Below are positions 1-13,609 of a stretch of 64,000 nucleotides of DNA, in pieces. Position numbers and translations under genes: made by a program. Position 1 is the stretch's first letter; each line of letters opens with the position of its first letter. Under the pieces are notes generated by a model. The model did no database searches, was not told the DNA's origin, and was given only the letters and a program-made list of their open reading frames with translations. The DNA comes from Podarcis bocagei (lineage: Eukaryota), in NCBI GenBank assembly GCA_964188305.1, contig OZ076896.1, one strand, 5' to 3'.

Positions 1-2383
1 TCTGATCACAAATTGTGAGCTCCAAGTTTAACCCTGCTGCAAAGATTATAATGCTAAGCATGCACATATCTCCCATTAGCATGAATGGGAAACCTACTTG
101 CATCAGAAAAAAGGTAAATGCAATATGGCGTCCCATTAACAGTGTTTTAGGGCAATACGCTGTTCCATCTGTTTGCATCTTCATATCTTTAATGGGTCTA
201 ATTCCATATTTCACTGTAATGAACAAATGATAGTAAAGGCATATTGACAAGGAGCTGTGATGTGTAAGCATGCTCAACTAAACATTCAGCTACTGATTCA
301 CAGTTTGGAGAAGAGAAACTGAAAGGAAAATGTGAAAACTGCTCTGAAAATAAATTCCAGGAACAAATTAATATGCGAACAAATTAATTACAAAATCATA
401 CACTCACACAGATGTTTATTTATTTATTGGTTTGTTTTTTTTAAAAAAGAAAAAGCATTTGGCCATGTTAGTATTTTAGCCCTTTTTCAGGAGGCGGCTT
501 GTGTACAGGGCCTTTAACATCCCTCCTTGGCTCAAGATTGAGGATACATCATAAAGGTCACCATCAAGAAGCTTAAAGAGGCTACATCAAAAAGGTTGTT
601 GTTTTATATATATATAAAAAACACCACGGGATTCTCCGCTTAAAAGCTGTCACTCACTACCTTTTGGTCCAGAGAAGAACATTTTAAAGAGGGCAACAGA
701 CAAGTGACAAATGTATTGTCCATACACATTTATTAACTCTAAGCTGTGAAAATGTGGTATGTATACTCGAAAAGTGTGCTTGCTTGACAGCTAATACAGA
801 CACTGTAAAATTAATATTGCCCTGAAGATTGAGACTAGCTCTGAAAGTTGACATGTTAAGCAAAGATCTCCACTGGGTTTGTTAACTATCTTGCCCTATC
901 AAATAGAATTTATTTATCATCCTCAGGTTCCGTTTTACATAGTCTAATTCTGTTCAAATATCCATTCTTGCCGACACCTAACACAAAGCGGAAGCAGAGC
1001 AAACTATAGCCAATCTTGAATTTGCAATTGTTTGTCTATACAATGATACCTGGCTTAAGAAGGAATTAAGGTGACTTATTAAAGACACACCTAAATATCT
1101 TGGATTTTATTAATGGCAGTTTGCTGTATATTTACATGTAGCACATACATAAAGGTTTTTGGACTGAACATGCTCACTTTGGAAGCTTTTTATGTACATG
1201 ACCCATGAGCAACACTGAAAAAAATGAGAACTCTAACCTTGAAGTCATTCAACTATACAGTTATGAATTAATTTCTGTTAAACACAAAATTTCAAATTTT
1301 AATTTTTTCATTTTCATACATTAAAAATATACATAGAAATTCAAGTTAACTTCTCAGACATGTCAATAGTCAAGAGATACTACTTTGAAAACAACTACCT
1401 CAGAGATCTTAAGTCACGGTGGGTTTGTCAGAGAAATGAAAATGTATCAGAATACTGACATTACATTATGAATAGTAAAGCATAGCTTACAGGTTTCTGA
1501 AAAAGTATAAAGTACATAACTTGCAACAATAAATTATTTCATTGAAGACTCAAGTTAATCACAGTTCAATGAATAATCTTAAAAGGAAAGGTATGGGCAA
1601 TAATAGGCTTAAAATACAGATATGGTCACAGCCTTGAAATAAATATGTCTAAATGCCGCATACACTGAAATAAAAGGTACACTTATTGTAAAAAAGAAAA
1701 AGTTGAACATGACACTTTGCACATTTGTGGTTTTCCTGGGCTTAAAAAAAAGATGAAATTAATCTTATCAAATTATTAGTTAATTTCATTTTATTTCAGT
1801 TGAAGTCAGAATTTAATTACAGAAAAGAAAGCTCTTGGCTTGTACAGTGACTCACAGCTAATCAAAGGAGTTCCAAAGCTCAGGGTGGAAGCAGAAAAGC
1901 TTTAGGAGAGTCAAATGGAATTGAAAAGAAGATGCTTTGAGTTTCTTGACTTGGCTTTGCCATACTGTGTGGTGCATCAGACCTATAAACTAGTGATTAA
2001 ATTCATTAGATGTAAAAATAGCAGTAATTAGCAAGTACAAATTTAAGAGCATCAGTGACGTCAAGTAGCCATTCAAGCCTGGTAGTCAACAACAGAGGAT
2101 ACATGCAACCCCTTTGGTGGGCTTTCCCCTAGCTGTGCCCCCCATTTTAACAACTGTGGGAAGGGAAATGGAAGGGAATCATATATATGAACAAATTCTG
2201 ATCCTATTGATTAATCCATATTGGATATGGTACATAAGTTACACAGAAACAGATACATAAATGTATCATAAAAACTGTAAGATAGGCAGGGATCAATCCA
2301 CATAAGATAGTCTACCAATATGGTATGCCCACTATATATGCCCATTTAAAAAGGCAAAAAGTATTAAGTAATAAATACACATA

Positions 2384-2756
2384 GAGTGGAATTCAATGTC
2401 ACACTAAGACGGATGTTCGCCTGCACAAGTGAATCAGTTTATCAGACAGATCAATTCCCGCTCCCTTCCACGTGCATGTTGTTCTGGGGGTTCTCGTGAG
2501 ACACACACCCAAGCCAACTGGGGGGGGGGCACGTGGGTCGGGGGGGGAGCCCCATTGTGTCAGCCAGGCATGGCCAAACTTGGCCCTCCAGCTGTTTTGG
2601 GACTACAACTCCCACCATCCCTAGCTAACAGGACCAGTGGTCAAGGATAATGGAAATTGTAGTCCCAAAACAGCTGGAGGGCCAAGTTTGGCCATGCTTG
2701 GTGTAAGCCCTTGTGTGGGGCTTCCGTTGATGAGGTTTGTCAGGTGAATCCCACCC
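2384..2756. mobile_element. Older MITE-like element hosting the hAT MITE
   Basis: Imperfect TIRs GAGTGGAATTCA...TGAATCCCACCC flanked by ATA/ATA. Confidence 0.4.
2565..2700. mobile_element. Palindromic non-autonomous hAT MITE (~136 bp)
   Basis: Long TIRs CAGGCATGGCCAAACTTGGCCCTCCAGCTGTTTTGGGACTACAA; 8-bp TSD GTGTCAGC/GTGTAAGC. Confidence 0.88.
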
Positions 2757-4319
2757 ATATAGTCTTGATAGAGAATCAGGAATAGGGAGCTGTGTATTTT
2801 CTTACACAATAATTTTTATTAAGAGATATCCCACTTGTAAGCTTACTTATTTTTACTCTCTTGTAAACCGGCTTTTTAAAAGCCTTTTTGGATTAATCAG
2901 CTGATCTATGTGCCGTTTTTTAAAGGGGAGGAATCAAATTAGGTGTTTGCATCTAATATTAAACCATGGTTTACAGTTACAAGGATGAACAACAGAAAGC
3001 CTTGGCCTTGCATTCTGCTATGAGGAATGCAGAAATTGTCATTTCTGTTTTAGACAGCCAAACCCAGTCAATGTGTAAATAGTCTTAATGATGTAAATAG
3101 TCTTAACGATGGGTAGAGGAAACACCGTTTACAAAGCTGGCTTGTTTTCACTAACCATAGTTAAGATTTACCAGTTTAGGATTTGGATATCGCACTTAAG
3201 CTGTGGCTAATCAAAAGCAAAAGTGTAAGCTTCATATTTCCTCCTTGCACCCATGCCAGAGGATAGGGGAGAGTGAGAAGGCCTTAGGCTTGCTGCATTT
3301 TGCCCTCTTGATGCAAATCATGATTTAAGTATGATGTTTCAACTGGACCGCTTAATTGATTGAAAATGCATGTTATTTGTTAATATCATTTTAGCTTAAT
3401 ATAGAGATTAACAGGTTTGGGAAAACTATAACTGATAGAAGATCACTTTCTCTAGTGTGTCGTATGATAAGAACCCCCGCCCCAATGTCAACAGTTAAGA
3501 TGGCATATCTGAGGACATTTGTCAGCAGATTATGAACCCTTCTATCAAACAATTACATGTACGATTTTAATAATGAAAACCCGCCTGAGACACAAAACTG
3601 ACTTGCTTACTATTGTAATCACGTGCACACGCATTTTGCTATTTTTGAATAGAGGCACTTAAGTTTAGCAGAGTACTTCTGTTGTAAACAGTCTAATGAA
3701 GGTCTCTTAAGACAAAGCATATGTGAATACAAAGTTAGAGTTAAACCAAAGTTAGTGTGGTTTAATGTACAAATCTTATTTTCTAATAAGACACTTGTAT
3801 TTAGTATATTAGCCTCAAAGTATTACCCAATTTCTTTTTTATTATTTAAATGCCACAAACTTGAAATAAGCTTCCAATCTTAACCCCCTCCCCCATTTTT
3901 TTCCAAAGCTGAAAAACTCTTATTTGTACACCAAATAGCACTCTAAGCTGTGTGTGTATGTATATGCATGTATATATATCTGGAAGTACCACTTTAAGCC
4001 TCTTTCTGTACCTGGAACCAATTAAAATCTCAACTGAAAACCCCAATGCTTGATTTGAATGCCGTAGATATACATGAGTCTATTAACAGCAACTATAAAC
4101 TGGAAGAGTGCCAGTGTCTGTAACAGGCAATGGGTGCAATCCAGATCCATTAAAATTGATGTGAATATTTCTACTGACTTCAATGTAATATAGATTATCC
4201 CCAACAAGCCTTGAGTAAGTGCATTAATACATAATACGAATAGTCCTCAAAAATACTAAAACATCGATTTCTTATGTACTGCAAAAGTAACACACAACAA
4301 AATGTACATATAGCAATAA

Positions 4320-4325
4320 TTTATT
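4320..4325 (-). terminator. Polyadenylation signal AATAAA (probable proximal poly(A) site)
   Basis: CAGAATAAATTATTGC on minus strand followed by the GU/U-rich TTTTGTTGTGTGTTACTTTT ~20-40 nt downstream. Confidence 0.65.
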
Positions 4326-5010
4326 CTGAAATGTTCATTTAGTTCTGTTGAGACTTCACCCATGTCTCATTAATAAAAGAGCAGCCATCTCACCTCAAAT
4401 ACCAGAATATACAACAAGTTACAGCATAGCAAAAGTCCTACCTACTGTCAGTTAAAATCTAGTTCTGGTAAAATAATTTTGTTCAAGTGTTACACATACA
4501 CAGATTATCCTTTTTTTCTTCTTTTTTCGGAGCACAAAACCAAAAGGTAAATCATTACACCATAACTATCTATGCACATTATGTGACCACAGAAATGTTT
4601 ATCATCATTTCAGAAAATGAACCATCAGTTCTATCCATGCAGAAAAAACAGGCTTGTTCAGCAGAAACCATATTACTGTGAATTTCACAGCCACATGATT
4701 AATTATAAGGTTAAGTGGCTTCACAAATACTTTTTTTTTTTTTGCATAAATACCAATTTCTCCCTGATGTAGTTTAGTCATTTTGCAAATCTAGAAATGA
4801 GTGATATAGCAATAGATTTCTCTCTTTTAATCTCTGTTCATCTTTCCTGAATACCCCCACCCCCACCCCACCTAAACAATTAAAGGTATGGGATGTTAAT
4901 TAAATATATGTAAAACATACTGTACAAATATAGTCGCTTTAGCAATTTTATTGCTAAATAATAAATTGGGACTCCCTCAAATATTATTAGTGAAGACAAA
5001 GAATATCAAA

Positions 5011-5018
5011 TATGGCTT
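5011..5018 (-). promoter_or_regulatory. miR-135a/b 8mer seed site AAGCCATA in the 3'UTR
   Basis: Exact complement of miR-135 seed nt 2-8 (AUGGCUU) plus A1; miR-135 is an established APC regulator. Confidence 0.7.
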
Positions 5019-5132
5019 CCAGAACAAGGACCCTCTACAAGAATCAAAGCTATTTACAAAAGAAAAACCCCCAACTTTGTATAGTTTTATTAAAAAGTTT
5101 CACATATAGCATTAACACATGAAAATTCTTTG

Positions 5133-8100
5133 TTAAACAGAAGTTACCAGGTAGGATCCAGAATGACGCTTAGGACTTTGGGCACCACTTGAATCTGTAC
5201 CTTCAGTCTTTGAATCTCGTTTTTTTGTGCTGTTATTCACTGGTGTTGGTATCTGCGATGGCCGCGTGGAACTGGAAGTGTTATCCACGCTGCTTTTTCT
5301 GGGGCTTGGATTGTAGTTGAAAGGAGTCACTCTTGCCGCAACAGCACCACTGGGTGAACTGTGTTTGCTTGAGCTGCTGGAACTGAATGGCGTACGTTCA
5401 TTAACAGTGTTTTCACTAGTCTCTGGGGCAAGGGCAGGGTTGCCTAGCAAAGGTTTCGTTTCCGTTCCCTTCTTGTCTGGACTATCTACTTGAATAAATG
5501 AATTCAGGCGGGTTTCTAAACCCACAGTACGAACAGGGACATTCCCATTTCCTCCATTTTGTTTTCCGTTAAGATCTTTGCTATTCACATTCCCTTTCTC
5601 CGAAACACTGTCAATAACAGGGGGGGTGTTCCCTGTGGGAGATTTTCCAGATCTAGGATTATTAATAGGGCAGTCCTCAATCCTTACCCAAACATCTTCT
5701 GTCTTTGAGACGGCAGGTGCCATCTGGTAAATGAGAGTTTTTGAATCGGAACCATTGGTAGCACCTGGTGGGGAATTCTGAGGAGGACTTGTCATTATCT
5801 GAGGAATTTCGTTCTCTTTAATCTTCCGCCAAGTACCTTTTGTTGGCGCTTGACTCTCTTTAGATTGCTTGAGTCCAGAAAAAGAACTTACATGTTGCTT
5901 TTCATCCTCACTCTTTGCCTTCTCACTGGATTCTGAAGAAGCTGAAAGAATTGAGGAAGAACTTCCAGTCCTACGCCAGGTGCTCACACGAGGAAGTGAT
6001 GAGGAATGTTTACTATGTTCGCGCTTCCAAGTCCCCGATCTGTTAATTGGCAGCCTGGAAGGACTCTCTGAGTGAGACCTAGTTATGTCATGCCGTTTTG
6101 TTGGTCTCCCATCACTGTATTCCAAAGAAGGACTCAGGCTAGGAGGTAACTTTCGCCAGCCACCAGCTTGGATGGCTGAATGAGTAGATAAAGACATATC
6201 AGGAAGGGATGGGCTTAAAACTGGAGTCTGCGTTTGGGACTGTGTAGGAGAGTCTGGTCTGGAAGGTGACAAAGATTCAAACGAGGCAGACTCTTCCAAT
6301 TTCCTTCTTAGAGTGGGACTTGGAGTTTCTTTAATAAAAGTTGACTGGCGGACCAAAACAGGTCTCTCAGATCTATCAGATTCACTCCCACTGGATTTGG
6401 CCGATGACATTCTAGATACATCAGGCTTCTTGTTTGATCCGCTGATACCAGAAATTTGGTTTAATCCTTTTGAGGCAGATTCACTTCTGGGAATACCACT
6501 GGTACTTTTGGGCAACCCAGTTTGTTTCCCCCCAGTTTGCTGGCTCATCTGTCTGCCTGGAGAGGTGTATACCATTCTTCCTGAACCAGAAGACTTAGTG
6601 GAAGTGGTACTCGGAGAAGACGTTCGTGGCAGCTGGGAGAGTTTATTAGGGGGACTTATGCCATTTCTGCCGGGTGAAATTGAATTTCGGCCAGGAGACT
6701 GCAGAGGTCTGGTTAAGGGTTGCTGTTGTGGTCTAGAAGGTGTGGAATCTCTAGATCCTGATCTAGAAGGTCCTTTACTTGATCCACCTTGTTGAGATGG
6801 CTGCCTGGATATAGGACTTGGCTCAGGTTTTACAGATGGTTTGGCTACTCTGGGAGAACTAGTAGAAGTCTGGTTATCATTAGGACTTTTGGAGGTTGCA
6901 CTCTTTAGTTGAGGCCCTTTTTTAGAAACTGGACTTGTACTTGAGGAGCTATTTCGAACTCCAGGAATATGAATCATTGTCCTACCTCGGGAGATTGAGG
7001 GCATATTGGTTTGCAACGGCTGTTTCAAATGACTTGTAAGTTCTGAATTAGAACGAGCTTTACCTGTGATCATGCTTTTATACACTTTCTTTCCTCCTTT
7101 GATACCTTTATTTTCAGAGTCTACTTTCTTTGTTTCCAGTGTACTCTTCTCCCCTGGTTTAATAATTCTTGGACCCTTATTACTAGTAAAAGGTTTTTCT
7201 TCTTGGTCGGGTGTAAGATGAAAGGGTGATCCTAAGGAAATTCCAGATTTTAATGAAAGGATTGAATCAGAGTCTGATGAGGCTTGTCTAGACAGTGATG
7301 CTGCTGCAGCAGCTTGATGTAAGCTGCTAACAATAGAATTAGCACCTTCTTGAATAGCTTTCCAGTCAAAATTTTCTGAATCTGGTGAGAAACCATGTTC
7401 TGAATCAGGCCTTTGTATATCCTTCAAATCTAGTGTCAGGTCTTCTGCCAAAATGCCTCCCATATTTCTAGAGCTATTTTTTTCACTGTCTGATTTTGTT
7501 CTAGAAGGCTTTTTCTTTTTAGGCATGGCAGAACTAATACACTCCTGTAGAAGATCATCTTCTGAGTCAATACTAAGGGAACTGAGGGAACTGTTTCTTG
7601 AAAAACACACGGGAGTATCTTCGACATGAAATGATTTAGGAGCATAGCCAGAAACTTGTGGTCTACTTGGTTCTATCTGTGCATCAGATGGTTCCATTTG
7701 TTCTCTGGGTCCACTTTCTTTGTTATTGTTGTTTTCTTGATCGATATCACTGAGAGAACTCAGAGACGAATTGCGAGAGAAGCAAACAGGAGTATTTTCT
7801 ATTGCAAAATTTTGTGTTTTCTCATCGGAAGCTGCAGCCCTTTCTGAAATATCTTTGGATGACTGAGAGAATGGAGTTTGCTTCTGCACCAGAGTTTTGG
7901 GTTGCTTTCTTCCTGCTGGAGTGTGTTTTTGGCAAGCTTGCATTCTACTGCTTGATTGCTGGCTTGCAGACTGATGTTCTGCATTGGTACTAGGTTTAAT
8001 TTCCCTTTCTTTCCCCTTTCTCAGTTCTGCCTTTTCCCTTGAAAGATCCACATCGTCGTCAAAGTCTAGAGAACTCAAAGAGTCATTACGTGAAAAACAA

Positions 8101-11100
8101 AAAGGAGTTCCTTCAATTGGAGTGTAATGATGGGGGGAATCAAATGCAAAGCTTCCTCTTGCACGCTCTTCATTATTTGGAAGTTTTTCATTGAAGTCCC
8201 TTGAGCTATTTTTAAGGTTTTGTTTCTTTGTCTCTTTGTTGTCTGTATAGGTTCTTTCACTACTAAAATTACTTTTTGGCTCTGTGGTTTTTCGTAAGCG
8301 TGCTCTATACTCATTACTTTGGGGTATGGGCTTTACTGGTGAAGTTGGTTTCTTTTTCTCAACTTCTAGCTGATTTTTGGCACCTACTGATGAGGATGTA
8401 GATGCCTGCTGGATTTGATCCATTATCTTTTTCACTCTGAAAGGTTTGTGACTTTTCCCTTTTGGCATAGCAGAATTAATGCATTCTGCAAGAATATCAT
8501 CACCTTCTTCTGCTTTGTCATCATCCAATGCAATAGTAGTCCCAGCTGACTTTCTCCCCCTCTGAGCATCATCAGTATTTCTGCCTTCTGTGGGAATGGT
8601 ATCTCTCTTTTCAAATTCTGCAGGTTCCATCAATGTACCAGTTGTCTCTGCATTAGCCAGTTCATTGGGTGGTGATTCTATTGTGAGATCACTCAGCGAT
8701 GTAGCCGTTGAGAAATTTATTGGCGTTCCCTCAACACAATACACGCGTGGCATATCATCTCCAGGTGTAAAACTAACATGTTTTTGAGAATGCAATCTGC
8801 TTTGGGAAGGGAGAAGTTTATACACAGGCAACTGGCTTGGCTTTCTGGCTACAGGTGGAGGTATTTTTGAAGCAGTTATCTGTGAAGGCTTTTTGGTTTT
8901 ACGTGAAGATTTTGTTGGCATAGCAGAAATAATACATTCCTCCAATATTTCGATATCATCTTCATCTGAATCATCCAGGATATCCTTTTCAGTCTCTGTG
9001 GGCTTCTCTGTCTTCTTCTCTTGATTATCCTTTGTGTCATTTGGCTGTTCAAGTTCCGATTCATTCCCATGGTCGTTTTCATGTACAGGAGGCATTATTC
9101 TCAACTCTACATCTTTCTGTATAAATGGTTCATCAAGACTCAATGCACTTAGGCTTGATGAGCAAGAAAATCCATCTGGTGTACTTTCTGTAGCAAAATG
9201 TAACAAAGTGTCTGCATCTTGCAATACCTGCACTCTTTGAACAGCTGTATTGACAGCTGTTTGCCTTGGCCCAGAATCTCTCTTTTCAGTGGTGGGTATT
9301 TTTGTTTTGACTGTTTCTCTCTTTACTTGGGTTGCTTGTGGAGGGGGTGGGGTTTTACTTCTGCTTGGTGGCATTGTTTGCCCAGGACTGTCTGGAAGAT
9401 CACTTGGGCTTATAATACCACTTACCATCCCACTACAAGGCTCGCTCTGAACAGAGCTAGCAATCGAACGGCTCTCAAAACTATCCAGGGAACTGACAGA
9501 GGTACACCTACTGAACATAAGTGGAGTCTCCTGCACATAATGTTCTGGTGGGCTCTTAGGAGTTTGCGCACCACTTTTTGAAGGAGATTTGGCACCCGAG
9601 GAAAATTCTACAGCTTTATGTCTTGCTGAATCAGAAGGAGATAGACTAGAAGCCTGAAGTCTATTTGATTTTGTTCTAATGTGTTGTGAGGCTGAAGAGG
9701 TTTCATTTACAGTACCTGCTGCAGACAGACTCCTATTTTCTTTCATCCCCGCTATCTTCAAAGAGTTGTCCGTATCTCCTGCCCGCGTGGATTGTTCACG
9801 TCCTGTTTCATCTTCAGCTGATGACAAAGATGACAGAGAGCTACATCTTGAAAAACAGATCGGTGTATCTTCTACACAATAGGTCTGTATTGTTTCCTGG
9901 TTGATGGAGGGTGCTTTGCAGGACGCAGACTTCTGGGTGTGACCGGCTCTACTTTGAGCAGAATTTGGATGAAGCTGGTTGTGTCTCTTTGAGCCAGCCG
10001 AGGTTGATGTATTCCCACTACTTGATGAAATATGATCCGTTTTAGTACTCTGTACTGAAGGGCTCTTTGAAAAAGAAAAAGATGGCTTCTGTGCGGAAGG
10101 AGGAACGTCTGTTGAATACTTGAGACTGTAATCAATAGGCTGATCTACATGGTGCTCTTCTTCATTGTATTTTATGCTATAATTAGTTGGATGATCTTCT
10201 TCCTCATGCTGTTCCTCCTCAGAGTAGCGCTCACTATAGTTAGTTGGCTTATCATCCTCATAATCATCAACTGGGCATATGGACTGGTTCGCTTTTGGAT
10301 TTATTCCGTGACTGCAGGTAACTCTGTTCTGTTCTGAACTATTAGATTCCCTTGATCTGAAAGGAGATACACACTCTGTCTGTCCAAAAGCTGACTGATA
10401 GTTCATGTGTTTATTATCACTACTCTCAGTGTATACAGGGTATGCTCCACTTTGGCTTCTGGACTGTCTTTGTTCATTCTGCTTTATTTCCTCTTCAATT
10501 ATGTGCTTAGGTCTTGCCCATCTTTCATTTTGTGATGGGCTTTGCCTTCCAGAATTCAATTGCTCATCAGAATATTTTAGGCTATAGTTTATTGGAGTAT
10601 CTAGCTCTCCATCATTGTCATCCATATGGTTAGCACTGTGTATTTTATGGGCTAAATCAGCAGGGTACTGTCCATAACTGCAAAATTTACTCTCTTCATC
10701 TTCAGAGTAAGATTCAATAGGCTTCATCTGTCCTCTTTTACCATACCCATCACTGCTACTGACACTATTTAAGCTATCATTAGAAGCTCTCTTATACTCC
10801 ACTTTTGCATAAGGCACAGGACATGTCCTGTTCTCAGATTTAGGGAAGTTGTAGGTATTTGTGTGAGAATGGGCAGCGGCTGTTCTTCTTAAAGCATTCC
10901 TATCTTCTGGCAAACAGTGCATTTCAGTTACAGATCCATTGCTTCTCTCTTCTTGTGGAATATGCATATTTACTTCTTCCATCACTTTGGAAATCTGGGC
11001 TGCAGCAGTGGAGATCTGCATTCCCATTCGTTTAGAGGAGCTCCCAGAATTTTCTGTTGCTGAATGGTAGCTGCTTAATCCCATTGCACGCTCTCTATCC

Positions 11101-11706
11101 AAGCTCCTGTCCTTGTCAGACCGAGAACTCTCTGTATTTCCTCTGCTTGAGGAAGAAGAGCCAGGCAGTACAGTAGTGTTTAAATATTGTGGAAGTACGG
11201 TTACATTGCTACTATTAAAATTCTCGGACCTGCAAACTCCATCTTCATGTCGATTAGCATCTAGAACATATTCACTGTACAGATTCTGTTTGTGTCTTTG
11301 CTTATTACGATGAGATGTTTTGGGACTTAAGTTATCAATATTATCAAATGTCTCAGATAAATGTTGAGCATCTAATTCTGCTTCCAGTGCTTTTTGCTTT
11401 CTAACATGAAGAGATGGTAAGCTTGAACCCGGAGACATGATGTTAGCATCTTTATATTTCGCAGGCCTGTTTGCCATTAGGTTCCTTAGAGCTGCAGCAC
11501 TGCCCATGGCTATCATCTTGTGCTTTGAATGTATGAGATTTTTGAGCATGCTAACGGCTCCCATGTCCCACAGTGCTTCCTGGTCTTTTGAATTCCGTGC
11601 AGAGAGGTTCCACAAGGTTCCACATGCATTGCTGACTATTGTCAAACTATGAGACTTCAAGTGATGCAGCAAGGTTTGCAAACAGCTGTTCTCTCTTAGA
11701 ATTTGC
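5133..11706 (-). CDS. APC: APC coding exon 15 (6574 nt incl. stop): last ARM repeat, four 15-aa repeats, seven 20-aa repeats, three SAMP (Axin-binding) repeats, basic region, SxIP EB1 motif, PDZ-binding VTSV
   Basis: Acceptor ttttttaattccag|GCAAATT, phase 2 (R-QILRENSCLQTLL). ORF contains LDTPINYSLKYSDEQ, TPICFSRCSSLSSLS, ILEECIISAMP, SQIP and ends SYLVTSV-TAA. Confidence 0.99.
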
Positions 11707-12917
11707 CTGGAATTAAAAAAAGGGGGGGAGGGGGAAAATTCACTTTAACAAGAGGAAAGACAAAAAAGTGTCTATGTTTATTTCTTGCTAATAATGTTAT
11801 CCAACTTCCTACAAATAGGCATTAGCATAAATTCACTTAAAGACCAGGATCTAATAATGACTATTTGTGTACAGAAACTGTTTGTAGGATAATACTGACA
11901 CTGTTGCTCCCAATTTGTCACCTGGGGTAGAAACTTTTATTCTGCTTTGGGCAATGTTTCAGAGGAGAAGGAAGGTTCTGTCAGTGACAGCGATGGCTTC
12001 CTGGGGTCCCCCCCATTTTTTATTTTAGTTTTGAAAAACAGCTTAAAAGTTGCCAGGATGGCAGCAGGAAGTTCCTTTTCTACCAGTGCTCAAGCCGGTG
12101 GCACTGCTGAGAATTAAAAATAAAATAAAATTAAAGGAAGCTTCTAGAAGTTACCCCTGTTTTCCATTGTATGCACTCCCTTCCCCTTCCAAAATATCCC
12201 AGAGCCCCCAAATGTTGCTGCCCCAAAACCACTCTCCAAAACCATGTGTCCTGTTTGAACAGGGGACAATGGCACCAAAGAATCCAGCAAACCTCCAAAT
12301 TGGGGGAGACTCAATACAATATAAAGCTTTTCCAAATGCACACACAGAGATTGCCTTCTGGGAACAGACCCATACACTTGCATGGGATGTCACTCTGATG
12401 GGTCTATTACCAACGGGGATAGCTTTCCTGAGAGTGTTCCAGCAATAGTGAAAGATGTGTGCATTCATATGTGACTGCAGAATGCATCCCTTTGGATTCC
12501 AGCCAAAGTTTCAGCTAAGAACATCCCTACTTTTAAATAGGCTTATCCAACATCAACAAACTACAATAAAGGTGATTTGTGCTGTACAAATCACATTATT
12601 GAAAACAGTGCTTATCATGTACTGCCTTTATATTATCTTATATTTGTAAAACTGGGACCATTTTATCACAAGCAGCGCAGGAATCTCTTACCAAATAAAA
12701 TGCTTACTTCTGTTCCAGAGAAAATTCTTAAGCTGAAGCCATCTGAGCAGTGAGCTTCTAACAACACTGCAGCAATAATTTATGTATCAGCACACAACAC
12801 CACTAAGTCTAACTTTGCTCATAATCTCTGCCTCCTTCCAGTAAATGTCATCTGCTGCATCAGCAATTTGCATAAAATGCACGGCTTACTGCTTAGGTAA
12901 CTAGATGGCACACTTAC

Positions 12918-13132
12918 CTGTGGTCCTCATTTGTAGCAATCAAGCTGGAGACATTACGCAGTATTCCCCCTCCACTTTCAATGATAGCTAAAGTATTTGT
13001 TTGACTCCGGTAAGTCAGTGTGCCAACTAAAAAGGCAAGAGCACCATCCACAGCACATATATCAGCTTTATTCTCAGTGCAGTGGGCTGACAGATTCCAT
13101 AAAGCACTCAGTACGCTTTTTAGGGTAGATTC
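12918..13132 (-). CDS. APC: APC coding exon 14 (215 nt, ARM repeats)
   Basis: ctgcag|GAATCT...CACAG|gtaagt; ESTLKSVLSALWNLSAHC...NEDHR. Confidence 0.98.
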
Positions 13133-13609
13133 CTGCAGAGAGAGCAAGCACACTGAATTAAGAGGGCTGAAATGCAAACTTAAACCAAACAAATTAATGT
13201 TTTGACACTGGTAAAAAAATAATAATAATCAAGAGAGGAATCCAACACTATTATAAACATGAGCACAATGTGAGGGGGCACAATGGGGGGGGGGCCCTGT
13301 TGCACTTCCATTAGTGAGACCAGTTAGTTAGTGTTTATTTTGCTAGTGGTAACAACTTCACTGTCTGCTGCATATAAAAGAATGGCACTCCAATGTTAAT
13401 TATTAGTGAGTTAGCCTCACTAAACTCAGGGGGAATTACTTCTGCCTAAACAAAGGATTGTATCCAATGTTATTAACAAAACCATTCAATTTTAATGGGT
13501 ATTTTAGTTTGCTGTTGGAAGGAATAATTACACTTTTCTTCTATGAATAAGGAAACCAAAAAATAATTTCATATACTTAAAATACTGAAAAATGTGGTTT
13601 TGCGGTAAC

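Larger units (their letters stand above)
4300..5132 (-). other. APC: APC proximal 3'UTR
   Basis: Follows TAA; AU-rich, no recognisable repeats; long blocks recalled as near-identical to the human APC 3'UTR (e.g. TTGTTGTATATTCTGGTATTTGAGGTGAGATGGCTGCTCTTTTATTAATGAGAC). Confidence 0.8.

Noticed and set aside
1-4290. Exons of the usual downstream neighbour SRP19
   Set aside because: No CpG island or recognisable coding exon; the region looks like extended UTR or intergenic DNA with old repeats
5869-11652. Many plus-strand and shifted-frame ORFs over the last exon (e.g. 6313-6795, 160 aa)
   Set aside because: Shadows of the Ser/Pro-rich APC frame with no recognisable domains
11681-11681. ORF-track start of the 2182-aa ORF
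   Set aside because: It is a TTG inside the exon; the exon starts at the acceptor at 11706
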